A stretch of 64,000 nucleotides of DNA from Wickerhamiella versatilis (Eukaryota). The position numbers and the translations under genes were made by a program. Location: assembly GCA_030867685.1 (NCBI GenBank), contig JAQOWU010000007.1, positions 1,426,001 to 1,490,000 of the forward strand. Reading direction: 5' to 3'. Shown here piece after piece: positions 9,476 to 19,912 of this stretch (positions are counted from its first letter, which is position 1; each line of letters begins with the position of its first letter). The notes under the pieces were generated by a model. That model was given only the letters and a program-made list of their open reading frames with translations, searched no databases and was not told the DNA's origin.

Positions 9476-11349
9476 AGTGTATTCAAAAAGATGGCATCAA
9501 CAAGCGACCCCGCAGGCAATACGCCTTGAGCTTCGGCTGCTGGGGGGAGGCAAAGAAGAGCATTTGCGCTTACCAGAGAGTTTATTCGACTAGATCTCTG
9601 GAACCCAGTTGAGACTGCCATCCATTCGCCGTCAATTTGATTAACATGAACTCGGTGGAATTCGGGACGAGCATCAAGTTTAATGCTCTCTGAAAGCTTT
9701 ACCTTCATCCTGCGCTGTGAAATTGGTGGAACTCCGCTAAATTTTTCCATAAGTGGTAGAACGAATAAGTTAAGGCAAACAACAGCGGAAACCGGGTTTC
9801 CAGGAAGCGCGAATATCGGTTTGTTTCTCACAGTTGCATACGTCACAGGTTTTCCGGGCTTCATCGCCACCCGACCAAAGTGAATTTGTCCGCCTAAATG
9901 TTCAATTACTGGCTTCAAAAGGTCGAGCTCACCCATAGATACACCACCTGTGGTGACTACTATGTCTGCCTCAGCCAATCCACGATTGAGCTGCCTCTCA
10001 ATGCTCTCTCGATTGTCCCGACTTATTCCAAGATCAACCACTTTAGCACCCCAAGACCTAAGGTTAGCACATAGCATTGGTCTGTTCGAGTCCCACACCT
10101 GTGAGCCGTAACAGGTTTGATCAATAGGTACAATTTCATCGCCAGTTGATAAGACTGCCACCACAGGTTTTGTAAAAACTGTGACTTTAGAAAGCCCAAT
10201 GCTGGCCAACAGCCCAATTTCTCCGCCAAGGTGACTTATATAGAGTCCTTTTGGCAATATCAGCTCCCCCAGCTCGATATCACTGCCTATATTACGGATA
10301 TTATCACCATCCTGCACATTCATTGCATCAATCTTCACCGAAATCTCCTCACCAGTGCTAGAAGCCTCTGCAACTTCCGTGTTTTCAACGGGCACAACGG
10401 CAGTAGCACCATGTGGGACAGGGGCACCTGTGGTAATTCGAACGCATGTGTGGGGCTCAATTGTGGCCAATATGGATGAAGCCGTAGAAACATGGCTCAG
10501 AGGAAATACTTTGGGGCTCTCACTATGCAATATCGCATATCCATCAACAATCGATGCACGAAATGGTGGCACATTTAACGGAGCATAAATATCTTCAGCA
10601 ACGACATGGTCAATGGCATCTTCTAAAGGAAGCTTTACTATTCTTGGAGAGCAATCATTATCAAGAACTTTCTTTATTGCAGATTCAAACGAGATCATAG
10701 TGTAAGGCGATGTCCGATGACGATGTGCAGGACCAAAAAACTTTGGGCCTGCATGTGCATGTGTATGTTGGACACCGTGATGCTCATGATTATGGGGACA
10801 CTTATGCTCGTGGCTATGGCTCTCGGATCCAACTGCTTTTGAATGTGCATGTTTGATGTCATTATCATTATTATAGAGTTTGTGCAGCTCACGAGTGGAA
10901 TTTTGGCCTAATTGTCTGACTGCGTGAGGAATAACCTGGCTTATAGCATCAAAATTTTCTAACGCCCCTTTTAGGGAACCTGGGAGCGTCAAAACCAGGC
11001 AGTCACCAACCGTACCTGCCACTGGACGAGACATGGCTGCCAGAGGTGTCTTCAAGAGACCACCTCGAAGCATGGCTGCTACAAGACCAGGTGCCTCCTT
11101 GTCAAAAAGAATCTTTACTGCCTCTGGCGTAATATCTCTGGCACCAAAGCCCGTGCCTCCGCTTGTCAATACAACTTCAGCACTACGTGAGAGCCTTAAA
11201 ACTGTCCTCTGGATGAGAGAGAAGTCATCGGGAACATGATCAATTGTTGGATTGAAGTCTTCGCATGCCTTTGCAAGGGCAGGACCCACCTTGTCTTCTG
11301 CAGGGTTGTTGGCGCAGGTGTCGCTCACAATCACTATGGCGTAGCGCAT
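9472..11349 (-). CDS. cnxE: Gephyrin/CnxE-like molybdenum insertase (MogA G domain + MoeA E domain)
   Basis: G domain (VSD, TSGGTGFGARDITPEA, LPGS), His-rich linker, E domain (PPFRASIVDGYA, STGDEI, TTGGVSMGELD, MKPGKP, LPGNPVSA). Confidence 0.95.
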   Translation of the reverse strand: MRYAIVIVSDTCANNPAEDKVGPALAKACEDFNPTIDHVPDDFSLIQRTVLRLSRSAEVVLTSGGTGFGARDITPEAVKILFDKEAPGLVAAMLRGGLLKTPLAAMSRPVAGTVGDCLVLTLPGSLKGALENFDAISQVIPHAVRQLGQNSTRELHKLYNNDNDIKHAHSKAVGSESHSHEHKCPHNHEHHGVQHTHAHAGPKFFGPAHRHRTSPYTMISFESAIKKVLDNDCSPRIVKLPLEDAIDHVVAEDIYAPLNVPPFRASIVDGYAILHSESPKVFPLSHVSTASSILATIEPHTCVRITTGAPVPHGATAVVPVENTEVAEASSTGEEISVKIDAMNVQDGDNIRNIGSDIELGELILPKGLYISHLGGEIGLLASIGLSKVTVFTKPVVAVLSTGDEIVPIDQTCYGSQVWDSNRPMLCANLRSWGAKVVDLGISRDNRESIERQLNRGLAEADIVVTTGGVSMGELDLLKPVIEHLGGQIHFGRVAMKPGKPVTYATVRNKPIFALPGNPVSAVVCLNLFVLPLMEKFSGVPPISQRRMKVKLSESIKLDARPEFHRVHVNQIDGEWMAVSTGFQRSSRINSLVSANALLCLPPAAEAQGVLPAGSLVDAIFLNTL

Positions 11350-11529
11350 GATTAGGTAATCGTGTTGATCGTGTTGTGGACTTCTTAAGCCCAGATTTGT
11401 ACATGAAAAATTAAGCAGATAATTGTAATATATTTATATTAAAGCATAGGGCTTGCTGAAACTATCTCATAGGTATGCAGAACCTTATCTATATTGGAAA
11501 AGGACCTTAATTTGACGTAAGCACAGTCT

Positions 11530-13371
11530 ATGAGGGCTACCAGGTCACCAACCTCCGCTCTGGTAGCCCAAGCTGAACCCGTACATGACCTTCGAGCTTG
11601 GTTGCGCCAGATTGGATGTGAGAATTACTATGATTCTTTCGTTGCAAATGATATAACACCAGCCCTTCTCCCAGAATTGCGCAAAAGTGACCTCCGAGAA
11701 CTAGTTTGGCGGGTTGGTGATAGACTGAGGATTTATCAGGCTATCATAAACCTCAGGTCTAAAAAAGAAGAGCAAATTTCTTCGAATCGTCGGTCCTCAC
11801 AATGGCCCACCACTTCAGTGGGCCCGATTACCGCAGCATCGGTGCCGCTTTCGGCAGCCACTGTGGTCACAACACCGCCGGTCCAGGATTCTGTTAACTT
11901 AAACTTTCCCGACAATAGCACCGTCGTACTGAGCCTGGCAAATATTGTTAATGGCAGTCAGCTCAGGCGCGCTGCTGTCCGGGAGGTACCTTTCGCTGCA
12001 CCTGATGCGGACAGTAGGCACTTTGAAATCCACGATGGCTTCAATTACTATAATGATGATGATCTATGGAAAGCCGTAAAAAGTGGCTCCTTGAAAAATT
12101 TATGGGTAGTCTCATCTCGCGATTCAGGAAAGGTTATTGATAGTGCAAATCGATCAAATCACAGGGATGAAAATAGCTCAGGATCACAACTAGCAGATTC
12201 CGCAAAGAGGTTCATAGAGGCTCAATTTGAACCATCTGAAGCCCAGCTTTATGTTTCTCAAGAGAATGATCGTCCCCCCAGTGAAAAGGTCGCAGCTAAT
12301 CTGCCTAAGTTTTTCCCTGAGGCTCAGCCAGATGTACTAAAAGAAACAGTAAGAAAGTCACGGGTCTTCCTGAAAAGGCTTTCTACTCTTAGAGATCCCA
12401 ATGCTCGATTAAGCAGAAGAATAAGCTACGTCGCTTCAGAAACCGATGAGGTGCCACATGAAAAACTCACCCGACGATTATCTTCGTTGAACCTCTTTAA
12501 CCACAAAAATACCAACTTGCTTCCTATGGCCGAGGATGAAGACTTCTTGCACGAGCTCTCCCAAGAAGAAATGTCCCCGTCAAATTGGATCAAGGGTAAA
12601 ATGATTGGAGCTGGTTCTTTTGGTAGTGTGTACATGGCCATGAATCAGTTCAATGGAGAGATAATGGCTGTGAAGCAGGTCGAACTATCGCCTCAAGATA
12701 ACAACACCCATCAACAAAAGATGGTTGGGGTTCTCAGACACGAAATTGATATGATGCGTCAGTTGAGCCACGAAAATATTGTCCAATACAGAGGTTTTAA
12801 GCAGGAAGGTGAGTTTCTTAATATCTTTCTTGAATATGTATCGGGTGGATCGTTAACTAGCATGTTGATTCAAATGGGAAAATTCGGTGAGCAGATAGTA
12901 AAGCATTATATTCGCCAGGTATTAGCTGGGCTTGAATACTTGCATTCCCGTAACATTGTTCATCGAGATATTAAGGGTTCTAACATATTGGTTAATGACA
13001 AAGGAGTTATCAAGATAAGCGACTTTGGACTTTCCAAGCAGGTTGAGCCTAAGAACATCCAGTACCGTCACTCGATGCAAGGGTCTGTATTTTGGATGGC
13101 ACCAGAAGTTGTTAGACAAAGAGGAGCAACGTCCAAAGCAGACATTTGGTCACTCGGCTGCTTGATCATTGAACTCATTTCGGGTCATCATCCTTTTCCT
13201 CAGATGTCTCAGATGCAAGCAATATTCAAAATAGGTCAGGGTATACCACCTGAGATTCCGGACTATATTTCCCGAGAATTACAAGACTTTTTAAAGCATG
13301 CTCTCGATCCCAATGAAACAAATCGGCCAAATGCAACGCAGTTGAAGAAGCATACATTCTTGACCTCATGA
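11530..13371 (+). CDS. STE11: MAP kinase kinase kinase Ste11
   Basis: N-terminal SAM domain (WLRQIGCENY...VGDRLRI). C-terminal kinase with WIKGKMIGAGSFGSV, MAVKQV, HRDIKGSN, MQGSVFWMAPEVV. Confidence 0.93.
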   Translation: MRATRSPTSALVAQAEPVHDLRAWLRQIGCENYYDSFVANDITPALLPELRKSDLRELVWRVGDRLRIYQAIINLRSKKEEQISSNRRSSQWPTTSVGPITAASVPLSAATVVTTPPVQDSVNLNFPDNSTVVLSLANIVNGSQLRRAAVREVPFAAPDADSRHFEIHDGFNYYNDDDLWKAVKSGSLKNLWVVSSRDSGKVIDSANRSNHRDENSSGSQLADSAKRFIEAQFEPSEAQLYVSQENDRPPSEKVAANLPKFFPEAQPDVLKETVRKSRVFLKRLSTLRDPNARLSRRISYVASETDEVPHEKLTRRLSSLNLFNHKNTNLLPMAEDEDFLHELSQEEMSPSNWIKGKMIGAGSFGSVYMAMNQFNGEIMAVKQVELSPQDNNTHQQKMVGVLRHEIDMMRQLSHENIVQYRGFKQEGEFLNIFLEYVSGGSLTSMLIQMGKFGEQIVKHYIRQVLAGLEYLHSRNIVHRDIKGSNILVNDKGVIKISDFGLSKQVEPKNIQYRHSMQGSVFWMAPEVVRQRGATSKADIWSLGCLIIELISGHHPFPQMSQMQAIFKIGQGIPPEIPDYISRELQDFLKHALDPNETNRPNATQLKKHTFLTS

Positions 13372-13642
13372 AAACACCTAGGGCCATATCACATAAATAT
13401 AGAAGCGCGATTAAATATGTATCTATAATAGAAATACATACACGTACTTTTATCCCCAAAGACTTTAAAAAAACTATCATTACTCAAGTTTCACGAGCAT
13501 ATGGTCGTGTAATATTCTTCATCACAATACTTGTATACTGTGTATACTGCAACTATCATTCGTTAGGGGATTCGATCATACCTCACTTACGGTAAATAGA
13601 GCAAGAGAATTCAACAACTCAGGAACTCAACGTCTTAAGATC

Positions 13643-14392
13643 CTAAGATCTTTCAGTCCACAGCCAGAAATCCACGTCACCTGAAAAGACGAGTCCTTTG
13701 TCTTCCAATACACCTAACTCTCTTCTTACTGCATCCTCTGGTGCCCTAGTTTCACGACAAAGATAATCGATGTGAAGGCCATCATCTGTATCATTTTCTT
13801 CAAGCATCGAGGCGACTCGACGACGCAGTGGATTGTCACCAAGACTCTCTTCAGTGGCCTGCGCGTTTGATGCCATGTTGTTATCTGCTTCTTTCTTGAC
13901 TGGTTCGTTACCATTAGGCTTCGCTCCTAGAGGTAACTTACCAGTGAAATTTAGGTGGTGCTGCAGGGACTCCATTTCATGGTACAGGATTTGGTAGGGT
14001 CCGGGATTTGTGTCGATTCTCCATATAGTTATTCGAAGATTGGACATGAATTTGCGAAAGTTGATGTAAATTATCGCATAGTCACCAATAGGCGGCTCCT
14101 CCTCTTCTTCCTCTTCATTACGGAAGTATCGGCCTGAGGTCGTACCTGTTGTGTCTTCAAAAGTAATATCCAAGCTCGTCTGTTGGGGTTCAACTTTGCG
14201 GATCCTAGCAACTACGCGTGCATTCTCAATTGGATGATTGTCCACCTCGATAGGTGCATCACCCTCGGAGACTTGAATCTCATTGATCTGCTTGACCTGC
14301 AAGGCACGTATATGAAATTGGCGATGTGTATTTGCAGAAAATGTCGCTTGATTATCGCCACTTCCTGGGAAAAACCCGCCTTGGCTACTCAT
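13643..14392 (-). CDS. RFA2: Replication protein A 32-kDa subunit
   Basis: GGF N-terminus, OB fold (IRALQVKQI...FEDTTG), YHEMESLQHHL helix, C-terminal winged helix (DDGLHI...LEDKGLVF). Confidence 0.85.
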   Translation of the reverse strand: MSSQGGFFPGSGDNQATFSANTHRQFHIRALQVKQINEIQVSEGDAPIEVDNHPIENARVVARIRKVEPQQTSLDITFEDTTGTTSGRYFRNEEEEEEEPPIGDYAIIYINFRKFMSNLRITIWRIDTNPGPYQILYHEMESLQHHLNFTGKLPLGAKPNGNEPVKKEADNNMASNAQATEESLGDNPLRRRVASMLEENDTDDGLHIDYLCRETRAPEDAVRRELGVLEDKGLVFSGDVDFWLWTERS

Positions 14393-14424
14393 AGCGTGTT
14401 TTGCTTACAAACAACTAATTTGTT

Positions 14425-14441
14425 CACGTGTCGCGTCGCGT
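14425..14441. promoter_or_regulatory. Overlapping MCB-like elements plus E-box upstream of RFA2
   Basis: CACGTG at 14425-14430, then TCGCGTCGCGT (two ACGCGA on the minus strand). RPA genes are classical MBF G1/S targets. Confidence 0.5.
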
Positions 14442-14579
14442 AGACAAATTGTTGCCAACGTCAGTGAGCTTTGTACAAATAAAACTCCGCAAAACCGCTG
14501 CTTTAATTCGTGTTCTTCCGTTTAAAGAATATGATTGCTACTGTTTAAGTTTAAAAAGTGTCGTGGGGTAGCTTACTAA

Positions 14580-15242
14580 ATGTTTATGGATCTCTGGAAT
14601 AGAATTACCCCACGCGGTAAAGCAGCCACGCTTGTAATTATTTTCTATCCTCCTTCATCACAGGAACCACATGTCGTAGTGACTACTAGAGCTCTTCACC
14701 TCCGAAATTTTCCCGGGGAAGCGGCTTTACCAGGTGGAATGGCTGAGAATGGTGAAAGTGCGCTTCAAACAGCTCTTCGAGAAGCAAAAGAGGAGATTGG
14801 ATTTGATCCGAGCCTGACAGGACCATATCGTATGTTACATTTAGTACCGCAACTAAGCAAAAACTACCTTCTCGTCCAGCCATGTGCAATCGAAATTGAG
14901 AGACCCTGTGAACTCGCAGAGCTCGCGCCCCATATCAGCACAGACGAAGTATCAGCCACCTTTTCTGTCCAGCTATCAAGGCTTATTGAAAGTCAATGGC
15001 TTGATATTGTCGAGGAAATTGAGTTTCCGCCAGGACATCCCACATATTACTATTCCTTCAGGCCTGATATATTCAGTACTGTTATGGGCTCCACAGGAGT
15101 ACCGGCTCCAATCCATGGCATGACGGCTAGAATTCTGGTAGATGCGGCAAGGTCGTTTTTGAAGAAATCACCAGACTTTCTTGCAATGTCATTGGATGAT
15201 GGTGCAAAGGCTTGTCATGCCTATTTTTCACAAAAATTGTGA
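14580..15242 (+). CDS. PCD1: Nudix CoA diphosphatase (Pcd1/NUDT7 family)
   Basis: TTRALHLRNFPGEAALPGG precedes the Nudix box GGMAENGESALQTALREAKEEIG; also IHGMTARIL. C-terminal QKL resembles a PTS1 variant. Confidence 0.88.
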   Translation: MFMDLWNRITPRGKAATLVIIFYPPSSQEPHVVVTTRALHLRNFPGEAALPGGMAENGESALQTALREAKEEIGFDPSLTGPYRMLHLVPQLSKNYLLVQPCAIEIERPCELAELAPHISTDEVSATFSVQLSRLIESQWLDIVEEIEFPPGHPTYYYSFRPDIFSTVMGSTGVPAPIHGMTARILVDAARSFLKKSPDFLAMSLDDGAKACHAYFSQKL

Positions 15243-15458
15243 GAAAAAAAAAGAAGAATGCTATATACTCCTCATGTCACATAGTGTAATTTTGTTAACC
15301 AATATAAGTGGGCTATCTTGCATTGTCCAACCCAGATCTGGCTGAATGTGGGAGGATGACATGTCGAATCCATGTGATGTACAATTTAACTACATATAAA
15401 TAAGACTCTATTATTTACCCATAGTATATGTGCATTACTTGGGATCTAAAGTGTAGGA

Positions 15459-16073
15459 TTAAGTCTCCTTCAATAGCATTATCGCCTGCTCTGGCCACGA
15501 AGTTGAAGTTTTGAACGTTCTTTTTGCGACCTCAATTTCTGCCTTAAATAAAGGATAACACCGCAGCATTAAAGTCTTTTTAAGTGTGTCGTGTTCTTGG
15601 TCCACATATTCACGCCATGTGAAGGCGTCTCTCCGTGTAACGGCATCAACGTATCCTAGACATGAGCACTGCAGGGCGGCCCTCACTGCATCCTGTATGT
15701 CACCAACCATACAGAGGGAATAAGTATACAGCTCCAAATAGTATTGACGGTTTGACGGTGCCAAATTTGTGACTAGAAATTTGAGACAGGGTAGCACTAT
15801 TTCATATTGTTGTGCCGTAATTGCTTGCCTTATCGACGCCTCCCAGACAGCTGCTGCAAATGGAGAGACTGTATTACTTGCCAAAAGAGTTTCACGTAGG
15901 GCTCTTAATATGGGAAGTTGCGATTCAGCAGGGTTCGAACGTGATGACTCCCACAGGGTCCTTTGCTCTTCCTCATTCAACAATCTTGATCCTTTACTTT
16001 TCAGTCCTACCGATGCAGTGTTTTGAGAGGCGAATCTTGCCTTTCTCGCGCTAAGTTTGGCATCATCCCGCAT
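15459..16073 (-). CDS. Conserved fungal helical protein, weak resemblance to SAC3/GANP/Rpn12-type PCI-associated proteins
   Basis: First ATG at 16073 (MRDDAKLSARK); the longer track ORF overlaps the neighbouring gene. LRALRETLLAS...FAAAVWEASIR resembles an uncharacterised fungal family as recalled. Confidence 0.6.
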   Translation of the reverse strand: MRDDAKLSARKARFASQNTASVGLKSKGSRLLNEEEQRTLWESSRSNPAESQLPILRALRETLLASNTVSPFAAAVWEASIRQAITAQQYEIVLPCLKFLVTNLAPSNRQYYLELYTYSLCMVGDIQDAVRAALQCSCLGYVDAVTRRDAFTWREYVDQEHDTLKKTLMLRCYPLFKAEIEVAKRTFKTSTSWPEQAIMLLKET

Positions 16074-16087
16074 TAGCTTACCTGTAC

Positions 16088-17323
16088 ATGGAGGGCGAGC
16101 ATACACCTTTAGTAGCACCTCAAGCCAACCACGGCAACAGAACGCTTGCATACGTCCTAAGTCTGCTTTGCTGTCTTAGCTCGGCCTCTTTTACGTCATT
16201 TTCTCTTTATACAACTTCGTTTGAGAGTCTTGGTTATACGGCCGTTCAGATAAATGCCATTTCAATAGCTGCTGAAGCAGGACTGTATCTTTGTGTTCCT
16301 ATTCTAGGCTACGTTGCGGATGCGTATCACTTGAGTTATCTTGGCATTATTGGTGGGGTTACTTACCTTGCTGGCTACTGCCTTGCTGCGTATACGTACA
16401 TACATGCGCTGAACTATGTCTACATGTCTGTGGCGTTTGCCATTATTGGTATTGCATGCTCGTCAGTTTTTATAGGCTCGATGGTCAACTGTGCGCGAAT
16501 TCATTCGAAAAGCGCTCTTCTTTCCATCGCTGCGCCTACAACCGCTTACGGTCTAAGCTCCCTTATATATTCTCAGGTCATTGCTTTCATCCTTAAAAAA
16601 GGCAGTATAACATTAATGTGGAATATCATGGCAGTATGTTTGGCATTGGTTGGTGCTATTGCCTGGAAGGCTCCCCGCATCGGATATAGCGACACTTCGG
16701 CTCAAGCACCTGAGGAGGCACAAGTGCCTTCAAAATCCCATTTACAAAGGTTTTGCAGTGACTACCAGACATGGACATTACTCTTGACGTTCGTGCTTGT
16801 TAGTGGACCTCTAGAGATGTACCAAAATGACCTGGGGCTACTAACCCGGATACCTTCGAAAGGTCATCCTAACACTGCAACTCAGGTAGGGCTTTTTGCC
16901 ATGGCAAGCACATTAAGTCGCTTGGGAATTGGGAGCTATCTCGACCTTGGCTTCAGCTCACCCACCGATCTCCTTACGGCAGTGCTTGTAATCAACGCAG
17001 TTACAGAAGTTGCGGTCGCAAAAAGCTGGCTACCTCTTTGGTTGCCTACCCTTACAAGTGGTATGGCTTATGGGTGCGTGTTTACTTTGTATCCACTTGT
17101 TGTCTCAAGAGTATGGGGTATCGAAGGTTTCGCAACCTACTGGGGTATATTCATATTGGGACCGGCTATCGGATCGCTTCTATATGGGCTTCTTTTTGCT
17201 GTCGACTTAGAGATGCACAATGGTGTGTCAAAGACATTCTGGATCTGTGCACTTTCAATGATAGTCAGCGCTGTAATCATTTCCCGATTATCTCGCAAGT
17301 GGACAGGTCTTTGGTCTAAGTAA
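16088..17323 (+). CDS. MCH1: MFS transporter, Mch1-like
   Basis: About 12 TM segments. EHTPLV acidic-dileucine-like N-terminus, YLCVPILGYVAD, GPLEMY, YGCVFTLYPLVVSRVWG, WGIFILGPAIGS. Confidence 0.85.
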   Translation: MEGEHTPLVAPQANHGNRTLAYVLSLLCCLSSASFTSFSLYTTSFESLGYTAVQINAISIAAEAGLYLCVPILGYVADAYHLSYLGIIGGVTYLAGYCLAAYTYIHALNYVYMSVAFAIIGIACSSVFIGSMVNCARIHSKSALLSIAAPTTAYGLSSLIYSQVIAFILKKGSITLMWNIMAVCLALVGAIAWKAPRIGYSDTSAQAPEEAQVPSKSHLQRFCSDYQTWTLLLTFVLVSGPLEMYQNDLGLLTRIPSKGHPNTATQVGLFAMASTLSRLGIGSYLDLGFSSPTDLLTAVLVINAVTEVAVAKSWLPLWLPTLTSGMAYGCVFTLYPLVVSRVWGIEGFATYWGIFILGPAIGSLLYGLLFAVDLEMHNGVSKTFWICALSMIVSAVIISRLSRKWTGLWSK

Positions 17324-17339
17324 TTACACGTATATACAT

Positions 17340-18593
17340 TTAATTGTCTTCATCATCACCGCGCTTCCGTTTTTTGGAGCGATGCTTTCCCATGCGCTGG
17401 TGGATATGTGCCATCTCTATCTTAGCTTGTCGTTGTGCTTCGTCAATAGAGCCCATCAGTAGCATAATACCCTCCTTTTCTATCGGATATTCTGGTAACT
17501 TTTTATCCTCGTGAACTTCTTTTTCAATTGCCGTGTACCTAGTCACATCATACTGCGCACAGATGGTGATCGCCTTGCCAGACCTACCTGCTCGTGCTGT
17601 GCGACCCACCCGGTGAACATAGTCTGCAGCATTGTCTGGAACAGAATAATTGATTACGACGTCGACTTGGGGGATATCCAAACCACGTGCTGCAACATTG
17701 GTGGCAACTAGAACTTGTTTTTGGCCTGCACGGAACTTATTGAGCGCACCAAGCCGCATCTGCTGAGACATATTTCCGTTAATGGGTGCACAACTAAATT
17801 TGAGCATCTCAAGCATGATTGGAAGTCTTGTTCCCTCGTCCTTTGTATTTACAAACACAATCACGGATTTACCGGCGAATTCATTCAATAGATAGACAAG
17901 GGTTGCGTCCTTGTATTTCAGCGGCATAAAAATATAATATTCAAGTAGTGTATCAACAGTGCCAATCCGATTGGCAACTGATATACGGACAGGGTTACGA
18001 AGCGACGCTCGCTGCAGCTGCTCTACGTCCTTAGACGGAGTGGCACTAAATAAATAAGTATGCCTCTCACGGGGAATTATCGACAGAATTTTTGTGATGG
18101 GTTCCTTGAAGTCCATATCTAGCAAACGATCAGCCTCATCAAGAACAAGGTATTTGAGATATCGAAGGTGGAAACCTTTAGTTTTCTCAAGATGGTCTAG
18201 AAGACGTCCTGGCGTAGCAACAATGACATGGGGCTTTCTCGAGAGGGCCACAGCCTGTTGCATATGGTCCTCTCCACCAATAATTACAGTTGTCTTCAAA
18301 CCCATTGGGGCACCGAGCGCCTGGAATTGCTGGGCAGTTTGGTGAGCCAGCTCACGAGTTGGGGATAATACGACGCAAAATAACGGCTGTGGCTTGTCAT
18401 AAAGAGCCTGAAGGACTGGTAATGCGAAGGCCGCGGTTTTTCCCGACCCGGTGGCCGCGAAACCCATAATATCACGACCCTCAAGAGCCGGAGGAATGCT
18501 TTGCTCTTGAATTGGCGTTGGTGTTTTGAACTTCAGATTCTCACATGCTTCAACGAGAATGGGTATCAACCCAAGCTCTTTAAAAGCGCTCAT
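17340..18593 (-). CDS. RRP3: DEAD-box RNA helicase Rrp3
   Basis: Q motif, ATGSGKT, PTRELA, TPGRL, DEAD, SAT, ARGLD, HRVGRTARAGRSG. Head-to-head with SSF1 as in S. cerevisiae. Confidence 0.95.
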   Translation of the reverse strand: MSAFKELGLIPILVEACENLKFKTPTPIQEQSIPPALEGRDIMGFAATGSGKTAAFALPVLQALYDKPQPLFCVVLSPTRELAHQTAQQFQALGAPMGLKTTVIIGGEDHMQQAVALSRKPHVIVATPGRLLDHLEKTKGFHLRYLKYLVLDEADRLLDMDFKEPITKILSIIPRERHTYLFSATPSKDVEQLQRASLRNPVRISVANRIGTVDTLLEYYIFMPLKYKDATLVYLLNEFAGKSVIVFVNTKDEGTRLPIMLEMLKFSCAPINGNMSQQMRLGALNKFRAGQKQVLVATNVAARGLDIPQVDVVINYSVPDNAADYVHRVGRTARAGRSGKAITICAQYDVTRYTAIEKEVHEDKKLPEYPIEKEGIMLLMGSIDEAQRQAKIEMAHIHQRMGKHRSKKRKRGDDEDN

Positions 18594-18600
18594 GTACCTA

Positions 18601-18610
18601 TGAAAAAATT
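18601..18610. promoter_or_regulatory. RRPE-like element in the 41-bp RRP3/SSF1 spacer
   Basis: TGAAAAAATT lies between two ribosome-biogenesis genes and is close to the RRPE consensus TGAAAAWTTT. Confidence 0.55.
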
Positions 18611-18634
18611 AGGTAATACATACAAGTATTTGGA

Positions 18635-19828
18635 ATGGGTAGAAGACGGCACAAGAAGCGAACACATCTGCTTCATCAGGAGGCAAACCAGTCAGATGAT
18701 GCCCCTAAAAGCATGGTATTAAAAATGGGTGACCATAAGAGGCGTCCAACCCATGCTCTTGGCCAACTTGTCCACGACTTCCGGCAGATGATGCAACCGC
18801 ACACCGCAAGTCGTCTCAAAGAGCGCCGATCCAACAAACTTAAGGATTTTTTGGTCATGGCAGGCCCACTCGGTGTTTCGCATTTTTTTATTTTCAGTCA
18901 ATCCTCATCGGGAAATACAACCTTGCGTCTGGCCAAGACACCGCGCGGCCCAACCTTGTATTTTCGGGTAGAGTCGTTTTCCCTTTGTGCCGATATCCAG
19001 CGATCACAGGCACAGCCACATGCGTTGTCACCCAGTGAGTTGCAGCAAGCACCGGTTTTAGTGATGAACAATTTCAAGGCCGATAAAACAAGTGACAGGG
19101 AGGCTCTTATAACATCAATGTTTCATAACATGCTACCTTCTACTGATGTCGACTCTACGCCATTAAGTTCTGTCAAAAGGGTGATACTATTGGATCGTGA
19201 TCAAGAAAATGACTTAGTATACCTCAGGCATTACGCCATAATCACACGGACTGTGGGGTCTTCTCGTGCAGTGAAAAAATTGGCTCAAGCTCATGCTGGA
19301 CAGAGAAGTCTACCGAGCTTAGGGAAGTTTGCAGATGTCACGGAATTCATGATAGATCCTTCATTGTCTGAGTCCGAGGCTGAGGAGGATGTCCTCCCTC
19401 AACAGCACCACCAGCAGGCAAAAAGGGCCGTTAAACTTGTCGAGGTTGGACCTCGATTGACATTACGGCATACTAAGATTGAGGATGGGATGTGCAGCGG
19501 GCGTACACTGTGGCATTTTGTCGAAAAACGATCCGAGAAAGACTCTGAGCAATTGGAACAAAAGCATCGTCAACATGATGCTCTTCGTAATAAGAGACGT
19601 AGTGAACAAGAAGAAAATGTTCGGCGGAAGCGTGAAGAACTTGCAGCCAAAGGTTCGAGGTCTAAACGCGGTCGCGAACGCGCTCAGCTACGTGAATCAG
19701 AGGCGCGTAGTGAGACGTTGCGTGATGAGGATGTATCGGATGCTGAACAGGCACCAGAAGATATGAATGACTTCGAGCTCGATGCTGAGATTGCAAAGGC
19801 AGATGAAGAGGCTAGTAGTTCATCTTAA
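18635..19828 (+). CDS. SSF1: Brix-domain ribosome biogenesis protein Ssf1/Ssf2 (Peter Pan)
   Basis: MGRRRHKKRTH, MMQPHTASRLKERRSNKLKDF, GPLGVSH, PRGPTL, KLVEVGPRLTL. Confidence 0.95.
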   Translation: MGRRRHKKRTHLLHQEANQSDDAPKSMVLKMGDHKRRPTHALGQLVHDFRQMMQPHTASRLKERRSNKLKDFLVMAGPLGVSHFFIFSQSSSGNTTLRLAKTPRGPTLYFRVESFSLCADIQRSQAQPHALSPSELQQAPVLVMNNFKADKTSDREALITSMFHNMLPSTDVDSTPLSSVKRVILLDRDQENDLVYLRHYAIITRTVGSSRAVKKLAQAHAGQRSLPSLGKFADVTEFMIDPSLSESEAEEDVLPQQHHQQAKRAVKLVEVGPRLTLRHTKIEDGMCSGRTLWHFVEKRSEKDSEQLEQKHRQHDALRNKRRSEQEENVRRKREELAAKGSRSKRGRERAQLRESEARSETLRDEDVSDAEQAPEDMNDFELDAEIAKADEEASSSS

Positions 19829-19912
19829 ATTAGACATCTAAGGTTTGTGCATGTATCTGCAATAGATTAAGATCTGACGTAAGATTCGGCTGAGCCGTAC
19901 TCGAATAAGAAA

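Noticed and set aside
8252..11349. NIPA transporter as a molybdate importer coupled to cnxE
   Set aside because: NIPA proteins are cation (Mg2+) transporters, and tight convergent packing is common throughout this window, so adjacency is uninformative.
15243..15458. Possible structured RNA in a convergent spacer (CATGTCA/TGACATG)
   Set aside because: One short inverted repeat with no clear H/ACA or C/D architecture.
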